From assembly GCA_937625935.1 (NCBI GenBank), contig OW569361.1, positions 1 to 64,000 of the forward strand: a stretch of 64,000 nucleotides of DNA. Direction: 5' to 3'. This DNA is from Tetramitus jugosus. Its lineage: Eukaryota > Protista > Heterolobosea. The notes below the pieces were generated by a model, which was not told the DNA's origin, made no database searches, and saw only the letters and a list, made by a program, of their open reading frames with translations. Made by a program: the position numbers and the translations under genes. Positions 23,134-33,336 of the stretch are shown here, piece after piece (the first letter of the stretch is position 1; the number at the start of each line of letters is the position of its first letter).

Positions 23134-23377
23134 GATGATGCTTTTTTTGCAAATGACAGGTCAATAAAGAAAAATAAGAACGCCAATAATCAATCTATTA
23201 TCTTGAAATTGTTGGTGTTATTGTTATTGTTGTTGTTGCTGTGACCTTATTTTGTTTTTTGATTATCGCTCGATTTTCTTGGTGGCGGATATTCGGTGAT
23301 ATTTTTCTTTTTCGAGACAACAACAGCAACAGAACAGAACAACAACAAATGCTTACCAGAGAGTGTCATTGCCGCAC

Positions 23378-23953
23378 ATGAGTCGACCATCACCACCAAC
23401 ACCAACATCGCCAACAATAGACGATGATCCAACATTGACAAGACAACAACATCGTAAAGTTCGTTTCAATCAACTACCCTCCAGCATCCCACTTCTCAAC
23501 AACAACATTGATCAACAACAACAAAAGAACAAAAAGAACAAGAATGATATTGATGATGATGAACAACCTGAGAATTGGTCATTTCAAAAAATGAACAGTC
23601 AAACGATCAAAGTCATCTGGAAATGGATATGGTTCCTCGGTGCAGGAACTCTGAGTTTTCTCTTTCTGAGATCCAGTCTCATTCGTTGGATATTCAATCT
23701 GTTTGGTCGTCATCATCGACGGAAACAACAACAACAAAAGCTTGGAGATGAGACAACAAGCACAACAACAAAAACATCGTCGTCATTGATTGATGATTTA
23801 TTTGAGAGTCCATTCTTGGATGATAATGAGGAATTGAGGTTGAGACCAGTGTCTGTCAACACGTATGTCTATGTTATGCCTACTCACCAGAATGAAGATG
23901 GAATATTTGTGAAGCTGTTGATTGAGAACACGTCGGAACTTGCCACAGAATAA
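23378..23953 (+). CDS. Hypothetical protein with one predicted TM segment
   Basis: ORF with low-complexity N-terminus, RKVRF motif and hydrophobic WIWFLGAGTLSFLFL. Confidence 0.5.
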   Translation: MSRPSPPTPTSPTIDDDPTLTRQQHRKVRFNQLPSSIPLLNNNIDQQQQKNKKNKNDIDDDEQPENWSFQKMNSQTIKVIWKWIWFLGAGTLSFLFLRSSLIRWIFNLFGRHHRRKQQQQKLGDETTSTTTKTSSSLIDDLFESPFLDDNEELRLRPVSVNTYVYVMPTHQNEDGIFVKLLIENTSELATE

Positions 23954-24074
23954 GCTATCATCACTGATGATGATTATTACCACACATGTCTCCAATAATG
24001 GACAATAAATTTCCTCTCATGAATGACACTGTTATGATCACCACATCATTGCTCTCATCCAAAAAAACTGCATG

Positions 24075-24421
24075 TTACAAATGCTTGTACAACAATAAAT
24101 TGATTGCTGTGATCAAGCATGCCAGAGCTACGACATAGTGCAACCGAATTCCAATCACTGAAGCTTTGAAAAATATGCCAAAGAAGCCCTTCTTTCGATT
24201 TTCCATGAAACCTCGGATTCGTGGCACATATCTGAAATAGGCACACGAACAAACAAATAACAAGAGGAAGCTCAAAATTCCTTCACTTGAAAATACTGAA
24301 TGAAATGAAATGAGATGAGATATGATGCGACATTCGTTTGGTCACATAGGGTGAGTATGGATGTTTGATGATGATGGATCACACAAGACGACGAGGAAAC
24401 AAACAACGTACCATTTGTCAT
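24075..24421 (-). CDS. TMEM167: Protein kish (TMEM167/Ksh1), 2 exons
   Basis: Exon 1 24421-24412 (ATGACAAATG), intron 24411-24296 (GT..AG), exon 2 giving MTNVFSSEGILSFLLLFVCSCAYFR...KKGFFGIFFKASVIGIRLHYVVALAC. Confidence 0.85.
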
Positions 24422-24547
24422 TGTTATTTTTGTTTTTGTGCCGCACAGAGGACAAAAGAAATTATTCGAGCGTTTCCGTCTGTTCGCTCTACGGAAAAAA
24501 CAACACCTGATAATGCATCCATAGCATAGCATGCATTTATTGGTTGC

Positions 24548-26719
24548 TTATTCTCCCAAGAAGCTTCTGACCATGCGTGAAACTTTCTTTCCAAACGGCT
24601 CTGGAAAATGTGTTCTGTAACCTTGGATCTGAACAGAGCCAATGATTGCCATGCCGTCAAACGAAAGTCGAAGATATTTCGACTGATAGTCCATGAGTTT
24701 TAGATTGGGGACTTGGAGCATTTTACATACTTGCTTTGTGGATCGCTCCGTAACTGGTTTTCTTTCATAAATGTCATCCCACGTGTTCGACTTGGAATTG
24801 AAGATTGCAATTCGTGCAATGCTATCCGGATCACCCATCTCACAAACCTTTATGCCAGTGATAAACATGGGGAAATCATATTCCAGCTCGATGAATGTAT
24901 CATTTGGTTTCTCTGATGCCCAATATTTACCTCTTTCACCCACACTAGGAGGATAGTTTGTCATTTTTCCAACAAGACTCTCTGTCCTCTCAGCATTACT
25001 TGCTTTGGAAACGGCATGTACATACTGTTGAACTCTCTGAGCTCCATTCATGAATGCAAACTGGAGTTCCGGTACAAGCTCTATCATACTATTTTTCAAC
25101 TCTTGGCTCAAATCATTCTCAAGCACTCGAGTCAGCGTGTCGTTAGGTACTTCGAGCAGAAATTGGCAACACATGGACATAATTTCAACGACAGATGCAT
25201 CATAAGCCATATTTAACAAGTCTACGACATTGTTCTCGTCAATTCCCTCCTTGATCAAGGACAATACAGGCTCCTCAAAATCTTCCAACAAATATTGTCT
25301 GCCGCTCATCAGTAAATGGATGGCATTATCTACAGATACCTGCAATTCCCCACTGTAAATAAAGTTGAGCAACAGTTGAAATGTTTCTGCATCAATATCA
25401 TCCAGCGTGACTTGTTGTACATCTTCTGTTGAATGAAGAGAAGTATTGTTGTTGTCAGATTGAACTCCCCACCTCATTAGTAAGGCATGAAAATAAGCAC
25501 TCCGAGTACATAGTATCGCCTTATGAGCATAAATTTCTGTCAAGAGCTCGGAGTCATTAGATTCGATTGATTCTTGATCGAATTCTCTCGATTGACGAAC
25601 AATGAAACAAACATCTGGCGCACTGTCGCGCGCGTCTGTATTTGCATCTTTAAGTGCTCTCATCATGTCATCTGGCAAAGTCACTGGAATTGACATATCA
25701 ATTTGAGAATAGTTTGGATACTGCTCCGATTCATCGAGATGAGGTCGTCTATACCTATTGAACATTTCACATACTTGCTTCAACCGGCTCATGTTGTATT
25801 GAATAGACACCGGATACAATTGGTCCAACACGTGAGTGACACTCTGGTTATCAAGTATGGATATCTCGTCACAATAAATAAAGTACAAGAGAGTGTATAG
25901 AGCCGATGGATGAATATGATTGAGGAGTCTGGTGTCATGTCCTTCTTGCTGTCTCTTCATATCCCTGTACAAATCAGGACATCTATACTTTAGAATCACA
26001 GAGTGTAAATGATAGTTGACTCCAGATTCAGAATCTGCCTGTTCATGATCGATTTTACGAATCTTCTTTTCACCACTTGGGTGATAGTAATGTACAAACG
26101 TAAAATCAGAGAATGGAACAATGTGCTCTTCCTGCGTCCCACTATTGCGATGGTGATTGAACAAAGAAGAATAATGATTCTTCAATGTTTGTGTAAGTAC
26201 ACGAGGTAGAGTACCATGTAACTGAACAGCATCAATCTCTGACCAACTCACATTCAATCTTGTGTCCAAAAGAATCATCACATGTTGAGTCACATAACCA
26301 GTCTGACCTGCCAAAAGAACGTCCCTATTATTGTCATCATTTGTAGGATGAGTGCTCTTGTAGGACAATGAGGGACAAAATATTCTGGACAAGGCAGGCA
26401 GTGACTTCTGATGTGGATCTCCATCGTACAAAACATCGTACTCATTACTTGGACTGCGACACATGATGCGCACGACTGCACCTGGATTATAGGTCTCATA
26501 AATAGACAGTGACCGAACGAAAACAGGCTTTTCAAACTCTAGCTCCAAGTATTCGTCGCAACCTGAAGACCTTGCTGGTGCCCAGGCCGTATATAAATCT
26601 CCATAGTTTGGATAGGTGTTCGAAGGTCCAATGACGTTCGTGGCAGGCCAAGTGCCAGATGAAGGTGCAGAATACTCTGAGCTGAATGAGAGAACTGAAC
26701 TAACCCACTGAGAATACAT
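24548..26719 (-). CDS. Tandem BTB/POZ protein flanked by galactose-binding-like beta-sandwich domains
   Basis: Two BTB domains (LHSVILKYRC..LLYFIYCD; AHKAILCTRSAYF..LLNFIYSG). FBXL4-like N-domain (QWVSSVLSFSSEY..AWAP..EYLELEF..ETYNPG) with a degenerate second copy at the C-terminus. Confidence 0.85.
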   Translation of the reverse strand: MYSQWVSSVLSFSSEYSAPSSGTWPATNVIGPSNTYPNYGDLYTAWAPARSSGCDEYLELEFEKPVFVRSLSIYETYNPGAVVRIMCRSPSNEYDVLYDGDPHQKSLPALSRIFCPSLSYKSTHPTNDDNNRDVLLAGQTGYVTQHVMILLDTRLNVSWSEIDAVQLHGTLPRVLTQTLKNHYSSLFNHHRNSGTQEEHIVPFSDFTFVHYYHPSGEKKIRKIDHEQADSESGVNYHLHSVILKYRCPDLYRDMKRQQEGHDTRLLNHIHPSALYTLLYFIYCDEISILDNQSVTHVLDQLYPVSIQYNMSRLKQVCEMFNRYRRPHLDESEQYPNYSQIDMSIPVTLPDDMMRALKDANTDARDSAPDVCFIVRQSREFDQESIESNDSELLTEIYAHKAILCTRSAYFHALLMRWGVQSDNNNTSLHSTEDVQQVTLDDIDAETFQLLLNFIYSGELQVSVDNAIHLLMSGRQYLLEDFEEPVLSLIKEGIDENNVVDLLNMAYDASVVEIMSMCCQFLLEVPNDTLTRVLENDLSQELKNSMIELVPELQFAFMNGAQRVQQYVHAVSKASNAERTESLVGKMTNYPPSVGERGKYWASEKPNDTFIELEYDFPMFITGIKVCEMGDPDSIARIAIFNSKSNTWDDIYERKPVTERSTKQVCKMLQVPNLKLMDYQSKYLRLSFDGMAIIGSVQIQGYRTHFPEPFGKKVSRMVRSFLGE

Positions 26720-27380
26720 GTTATGTGCTGTGTTCCTTCTTTGATTGTTTGGAACTTGCGCCAGGTTTTTTTACATCCACCTCCGCTAGAGTTCTCATCT
26801 GGAACAACGAACTGAAACTGCGACTTCCATGACAAGTTCTCTGATCAGTCAGCGAGGAGCACAAGTGAAATGCAACCTTATTCTCTCGCAAGCTCAATAA
26901 CAGGCGTTCTGATTTTGAGGTTGAAGCTTTTGGTCGAGCTGAAATTCGCGGGAAAAACTAGGCAGGAACAGAAAAAGCCATCTGTGACCTATTATCAGAC
27001 AACCACGAAAACAAACCAACAACCCATCGACAATAGGGATGAGATCATCAGTGGGCAGATCTGGCAAAACCAGGGGCCAAACACCCGTCGTGCCAAAAAC
27101 AAGTGAGAGAGATCAAACAAACAACAGAGTCAGGCTCAGAAAAAAGTTCGACACCGAGGTGAAGGGCAATCCCAATGAAGAAGCGACAGACAAAAGTAAG
27201 ATCACACCATGTGCTAGCGGCCTAACGAACAAAGACCTTGAGCGACAATTGTTCAGGAGAGAGAAACGGTTGATGTGCGAAGCAAAACACAGATCTTATG
27301 GGTGGTCCATTCGAAGCGGAGACACAAACACGAAGAAGCCATACAAGAAAGAGAGGCAACAACAAACGAACACGTGTACC

Positions 27381-28244
27381 ATGAGTCTTGCTTCATTCAC
27401 CCTTCTCGTTATTGTGGCCGCCGCCATTGCCGTCCAATACTTGCGCATGCAACATGCATCTGTATGTTTGATCTCACTCACCTCCTTTGTTCAGCAAACT
27501 GTTTATCTACATCTCATCTTGTGAACCAACTAATCCATTCCACTTTTTACTATTTTAATATTATGAAACAAACAAACAAAACACACACATACACACACAT
27601 AGATTTCAGCAGTCGGTAGAACAACCATCAGTGGATCTCACAATCTCACACTATTCACTCAAGATGGCAAATACATTGAAGATGTTTCGATTATTGAGAG
27701 AGATCCACACGCACTCGGTCATTCTCTCGTTTTGGAAATGTGCTTGTTTGGTAAGGGACCATGCAGCAACTCACCTGCGAATCCTTCACCTCTCGAACGA
27801 TCCTGCACACCCTTTTATCACTATCATTTGAATCAGAACAAGACAATTACGGTGATTGAAGGTGTCATGGGTTATTTTTTGAATGATAAGACACAAAAGC
27901 GTGTGGCCAAGAGAGGTCAAACCGTCACGTTTCCAGCAATGTCTGCTCACACGTTTTGGAGTGAATCAACCAATGATGATTTGTTGATTAGAGTGCGTAT
28001 GAATCCTCCACTCAAGACTGCACCTTATTTTGAGAACATTATTGGTTTGAAGAAGGACGCGCCAAACGATTGGCTCAATCTCTTGTACACGAGCTTGGAG
28101 AGTGAAGTCTATTTGGGTGAGTTGTCCATTATGATGAACAGAGCTCTGGCAGTCGTTGTGGAAATATTGGCCAAGTTGACTGGAAAGAAGGCATACTACA
28201 AGGAATATACCACTGGTGCAGTTCCTTCTGGATACGAATACTAA
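27381..28244 (+). CDS. Signal-anchor cupin-domain protein, 2 exons
   Basis: Hydrophobic N-terminal exon, intron about 27462-27602, cupin motifs PFYHYHLNQ..TVIEG and FPAMSAHTFW. Confidence 0.7.
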
Positions 28245-28350
28245 TTCAGCTGGTGAGTTGTATCATCGTTTTTGGCGCAATTTTTTTTCAGGAGGAGAAA
28301 TAAAAAAACTCCGTCGAGATCAAACAACAAAAAACAATCTTCTGTTCAAA

Positions 28351-28753
28351 ATGATTCAATTTGTGAATTCAATCTTGTTGCGTGTGGAAGATGCTGTGAT
28401 TGACTTGTTTTACAACATGGATGATAATGAGTCATTCCGTACTGATAAGCACCGACCCGAATTTAGAAGAACGCTGAACTGGGTGTTTCCCATGATTCTC
28501 TCCTTTGTTTTCCAATCTTCAATCAGCAAATGTATGACATCTTTTTTTTTGATCTTGATCATTCCAGATGATCTGTAAGTGTTCATGTGTCACAGACATG
28601 CAGTAGTAGCTCACATGTTGTTTGATGTTACTTGTTGTTAGTTCTTTGGAACAGATATCCAAATGCTGTTGAATATAGACTGTATGAAGCAGCAGCACCA
28701 CAACCAAGTTTTCTATCGAGAATGGTGAGCAAGATCACTGGAAGAGGAAATTA
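28351..28753 (+). CDS. Small hypothetical membrane protein (probably spliced)
   Basis: ORF MIQFVNSILL... with a GTATG donor near 28532. Exon structure not resolved. Confidence 0.35.
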
Positions 28754-28839
28754 AAAAAGTAGAAGAATGATGCTGATGATGATGATGATGATGAGATGAC
28801 CAGGTTGGCGAACGAGATCGATGGATCTGTCTCTACCTA

Positions 28840-30432
28840 CTACTTGATAAGAAACATGTCTCGTATTTTTGATAATCTGAGAGCAAGAGCTTGTTCATCT
28901 TGATAAACGTGTAATTTGTGTGCCATTTGATCCAGTGCAGCCAACACTCTTCTTCTTGGTGCCATATTATTGTTGTTGTTGTTATTTTGTTGAGCATTCA
29001 GTGTGAATTCATTCAACAGAATGGCAGAATTGATTTTGCTTTGTTGTGCAATTTGTTTGTTGGATTCACTGTTCAGAATGCACTCGTAGTCTTCTCTGGA
29101 CATTGTTAACAATTCGTACAACTTTTGAATGTATTCATTGTATAATTGCGATTCGTCTGTGTCTTCTGGAGCGCTTTCCCGGTCTCTGTTCAAAACTGTT
29201 TGAAACAAATGATTTACATCGAGCCACATGTAGTGTGGTGGTGGATGAGTTTCGTTTCGACCGTCTGGTACTCTTCTGAACCATGAATATTGCTTCTTTG
29301 CATAATTTCTCGTCACAGTCTTGAACTCCTGCAGAAACTCAAGGAATGCTTTGGTTAACCATTCTTCTGACAAACTACCTAGTACGTTCATCTGTTGTTG
29401 ACACTGTTGAATAAATGATATGGCCTGTTTATATCCGATAGCACTGTACGGAACAGTATTTTTGGTGAGCAGGCCTCTCTGTAGCAAGTCAAACGTCTCC
29501 TCAATCAGTCCACTCTCAATTAACCTTTCACATCTCAATCCAATATAATCATACAAGTAAAATCTATCAACATAGAGAACAATACATCTGACATCATACT
29601 CTGTGTCTGTCCCAAACACTGGATCTAAATTTGGTTCAATGGCACTACTGTCATTTTCATCTGCATGCCATGCACTATTCTCATTTGCTTCATCACCTTT
29701 CTTGGCGTTACTCTGTTGTTGAATCTTCTCAAATGCTCGATAAAGTCTCGTATAATTATTTCGTGTGATTGATCTAGCTAGTTCAGGTGCCTTTGACTCC
29801 AACTCTGCAACCAATTCATCCCATGAAAGACCAGTGTTCTTCCACTGTTGCACATTTTGAATTTTCTGCTCCAATGACAATCTATGGCCACTACCATCGA
29901 CAGCGCTCATCGATGAATTTTGAGTACCCTTAAACAACAACTCATTGTAAAATCCACTGCCACCCACAATCATTGGAATATGATTTCTGCTCGTAATTTC
30001 ATGTGAGAGCTTCTTGACTTGTCGACAGAACCAACCTGCAGAAGCAGCTATATTCGATTCGTAATTATCTCTACCCTCATTATTGCTCTTCTCCCCATTG
30101 TCCTTCTGATCCAGCATCATCATTTGACGAAGATTCACTTGTTCCAATGAAAAACTGTCAATCAAATGATGAGTGACTCCCTGTCTCTGCTCTTCAGTAA
30201 TCTTGTTACTTGCAATGTTGCATTCCTTGTACATTTGCACTGTATCACTGCTAATCACTTCCACAATACTCTCCTCAGCTTCCTTTTTCAAAACACTATG
30301 ATTTTGTTGCTGTTTTTGGATAAACTTTGCAAATTGAATGCTTAGATCAGTCTTACCTGAAGCGGTAGGACCTGCAAGCAATAGAACTCTGGGTTTTGGC
30401 CAGGAGGACAATGCAGATTTCACTGCTTTCAT
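28840..30432 (-). CDS. tRNA dimethylallyl (isopentenyl) transferase, MiaA/Mod5/TRIT1 family
   Basis: AGPTASGKT, EVISSDTVQMY, HHLID, VGGSGFY, SAIGYKQ and TRNYAKKQYSWF. Confidence 0.93.
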   Translation of the reverse strand: MKAVKSALSSWPKPRVLLLAGPTASGKTDLSIQFAKFIQKQQQNHSVLKKEAEESIVEVISSDTVQMYKECNIASNKITEEQRQGVTHHLIDSFSLEQVNLRQMMMLDQKDNGEKSNNEGRDNYESNIAASAGWFCRQVKKLSHEITSRNHIPMIVGGSGFYNELLFKGTQNSSMSAVDGSGHRLSLEQKIQNVQQWKNTGLSWDELVAELESKAPELARSITRNNYTRLYRAFEKIQQQSNAKKGDEANENSAWHADENDSSAIEPNLDPVFGTDTEYDVRCIVLYVDRFYLYDYIGLRCERLIESGLIEETFDLLQRGLLTKNTVPYSAIGYKQAISFIQQCQQQMNVLGSLSEEWLTKAFLEFLQEFKTVTRNYAKKQYSWFRRVPDGRNETHPPPHYMWLDVNHLFQTVLNRDRESAPEDTDESQLYNEYIQKLYELLTMSREDYECILNSESNKQIAQQSKINSAILLNEFTLNAQQNNNNNNNMAPRRRVLAALDQMAHKLHVYQDEQALALRLSKIRDMFLIK

Positions 30433-30601
30433 TGCTTCTTTTGTTTCTGATTCGAACAAAATGCAAAATTTCGAAAGCTTGTGTTTTTTTCTCCGAAACT
30501 GTTTAGCAACCTGTTGAACAACATTAATACTTACAAGCTTCTGATTGATGAGGTGCAAAAGAAAGAAAAATACTTTACACATTTTTAATCCATTAAGTCG
30601 T

Positions 30602-31224
30602 TTAGAACATGTAGAATGCCAAGAGTGCAACAACAGACAAAACAGTCATGTAAGCATTGGCTCTCAAACTCAAGGATCCATTGCCAGTTGATCTCTCAAT
30701 GCGAATATCGGAGCAAGCATAGTAATTCTCCTTTTCAATGTTTTGATTTGGTACCCAGATCCATTGGAAGACACAGGAATCACAGGTGATACCTTCTGGC
30801 AACTTGACATTCTTTGTCATTGTTCCAGTACCCATGTTAGTCACTGCCACATTGTCAGCAAGAGTATAATTCTTTCCGTTGACCCACAGATTCAGTTGGA
30901 CATAACCCTTGTGGTTGGCATCGATTCTGAACTGTGTGTACACGATTTCTCCAGTTGTAAAGTTGTATCTTGGACTTTCGGCAGTCACTTGAAGACCACA
31001 TGGTGCAGTACCAACATTAAAGTTCTGTATTTTGGCAAGAGATATAACTCAGTCAGTTTACATCAGTTTATATCAAAATAATGTGTGAAAATGACATGAG
31101 AGAGAGCACTACATACGGTTGTGCCTTGTCTTGGTGCAGGATAGGTGAGAACACCATGAGACAGGACGAAAGATAATAGGGTCAAGGCAATGGTGAGTAC
31201 AAGGTAGATGCTGATTGCTCTCAT
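30602..31224 (-). CDS. Secreted, probably GPI-anchored lytic polysaccharide monooxygenase-like copper protein, 2 exons
   Basis: Signal peptide followed by His1 (S|HGVLTYPAPR), intron 31116-31025, APCG, ANHKG, CDSCVFQWIW, YYACSDI and a hydrophobic C-terminal tail. Confidence 0.75.
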
Positions 31225-31423
31225 TATGTGTGTTGTTGTTGTCTGGTTTGTTGTTGATGCTTGTGAGGTTCGATCATCGGAGGTTCTGTCCATAACCCCA
31301 GAAAGAATTTGAAAATGTCATCTGTCACAAAAAACGCCGGTTGACTGGAACCGTTCGCGAATCGTGGGATTTATTGTAGAGATGATCCAATACTACAGAA
31401 GTGGTTGAATTCAGGGCGGACTT

Positions 31424-33055
31424 TTAGAACTGTTGGTTTCTCTTGACAAGAGAGAAACAGTAAATACCAAGATGCTCAGTAATGTTCTCAATAACATCGT
31501 ACACCATGTGGGCATAGAACACCAAGACATACACCAGATAGGCAATCATGGCATAAGTGTCCATGTCGGCAGCTGATGAGAAACGAGAGGACAACGCTAC
31601 ATCAGAGAGGAATGCCAATAGAGTCAACATTGGCAATGGCACCAAAATGTAATAAAATCTTGGAACAACTTCATCACTCACTCTTCCCAACACCATTCTC
31701 GTCACCAGGTAAGCTGTAGCGAGGCCAAAGGTGGAGCAGGAGAGGAATGTATAGTTGATCATCAAGTCAGCAGGTGAGAAGTACATCCAAACAATCCAGC
31801 ACACCACCAAGGTCAAGAATGGCAACAAGGATTGAATTGGAGTAATCTTGGTGTATCTTTCTCTTAATCTGAAAGCTTCCTCACTGCTGCCCGATTCCAA
31901 ATCAACAACTGGGGATGCAGCCTTCATCACGTTGGCAATATTACTGTAAATAGTTGGAATCGATGAGAAAACAACTCCAAAAAAGAGTGCATTATGCAAA
32001 GAAATCCAACTAGAGATTGTAGTCGTTCCATAGTCACTTCCAAAAAAGTATGTCATCAAAGGAACCTTCCAAATACGTGTGCCAAACACTAGAGTGACAA
32101 AGTTGACCAACATGGCCACCAGTTCTCCTTCAGTTGGACCAGCGAGCACATGGAAATTGAGCACATGAGTATAATACTGTTCCCAGATGCTAAAGAAGAA
32201 CATGGCATTAATAGCGAGCAAAACAATCCATGTTTGCCAAGAATTTCCCATTTGAGCAACCATCAGCACAGTCATTGTTTGAAGCATACTGCCTATGGCA
32301 TCACATCCATGATCAAACAATTCACCCAATGGTGAACTACTGCCTGTTCTTCTTGCTTGCTTTCCATCGATTGCATCCAATGTTTGATACCAGAAGAGCA
32401 AGAAAATGTTGGCAATGTAGGCCCATGCAGGCATTGGACCTTGAATGTCACTGCAGTAGATGGCAGTTAGGAAATAGGCACCTAACAAGCCAATAAAACC
32501 AACAAAGGTAACAGTGTTGGGTCTATATTGTCATCATGATGTCATTTTTGTCAGTTAAAGTAAAAAAGCTTTGTAGCGTCAATGACGGCGCGTGTGGATT
32601 TCGCGAAAAAAAAACTACTCAAAAAGCGCGCGAACATTGACGACATTTCAACTATGAAAAATAAATAAATAGGGAAGTATTACATACGCCATCGTTTCAG
32701 GCAAATAATTCACAACCCAATTCCAAAACGGTTGCAAAAATGGTGAAATCAATGAATGATCACTACCACTGTACTTGTACTTTGCAAGATTTTTTTTGCC
32801 TTGTTCCGAAATGTACACACTGCGCTTCTTGTTTAAGCCACTTCCAGTAGCAGCCAAAGATCTTTCAAACTCATCATCAAAACTGTCCGTGTCTGTTGCT
32901 GTCGTATCGGATTTTGTGTTCATGGGAGCATTGTGACTCATCATTGTTTTTTCATCTTCATCGTCATCACTTCCATATTGAAAGTTCTTTTTGTGATGAC
33001 TTGGAATAATGTCGTCATTATCACTGACAGGTATGATCAACTCGGTTGATGACAT
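31424..33055 (-). CDS. Choline/ethanolamine phosphotransferase (CEPT/EPT1), 2 exons
   Basis: YKYSGSDHS..PFWNW..APNTVT across intron 32687-32523. CDP-alcohol motif DAIDGKQARRTGSSSPLGELFDHGCD. Confidence 0.93.
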
Positions 33056-33336
33056 GAGTGTGATGTTATTGTTGCTTCAATTGAAAATGACGGTGTGGGT
33101 GTTTTTTTTTGTGGGGGAGTTCGTTTTTTTTCGTGTGTGGAGAAAATCTTTCTTTGTCCCGCCATGGCAATTCTTCCGTCTTCATCTTGTTCTGCTTGGT
33201 GGAACAAAAGAAGAATCACACCGTGCAGTTGGGGGTGCTGCTTCAGAAAAAATTATCAGTCACCCATCAAAAAACAATCCTACCACACAACCAACCACAC
33301 ACACGGATAATACCACAACAACAAAATTATCATCAA

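Noticed and set aside
26870-27380. ORFs 26870-27106 and the N-terminal part of 27039-27524; possible telomerase RNA template
   Set aside because: No recognisable protein motifs and no 1.5-repeat CCCAAA template match.
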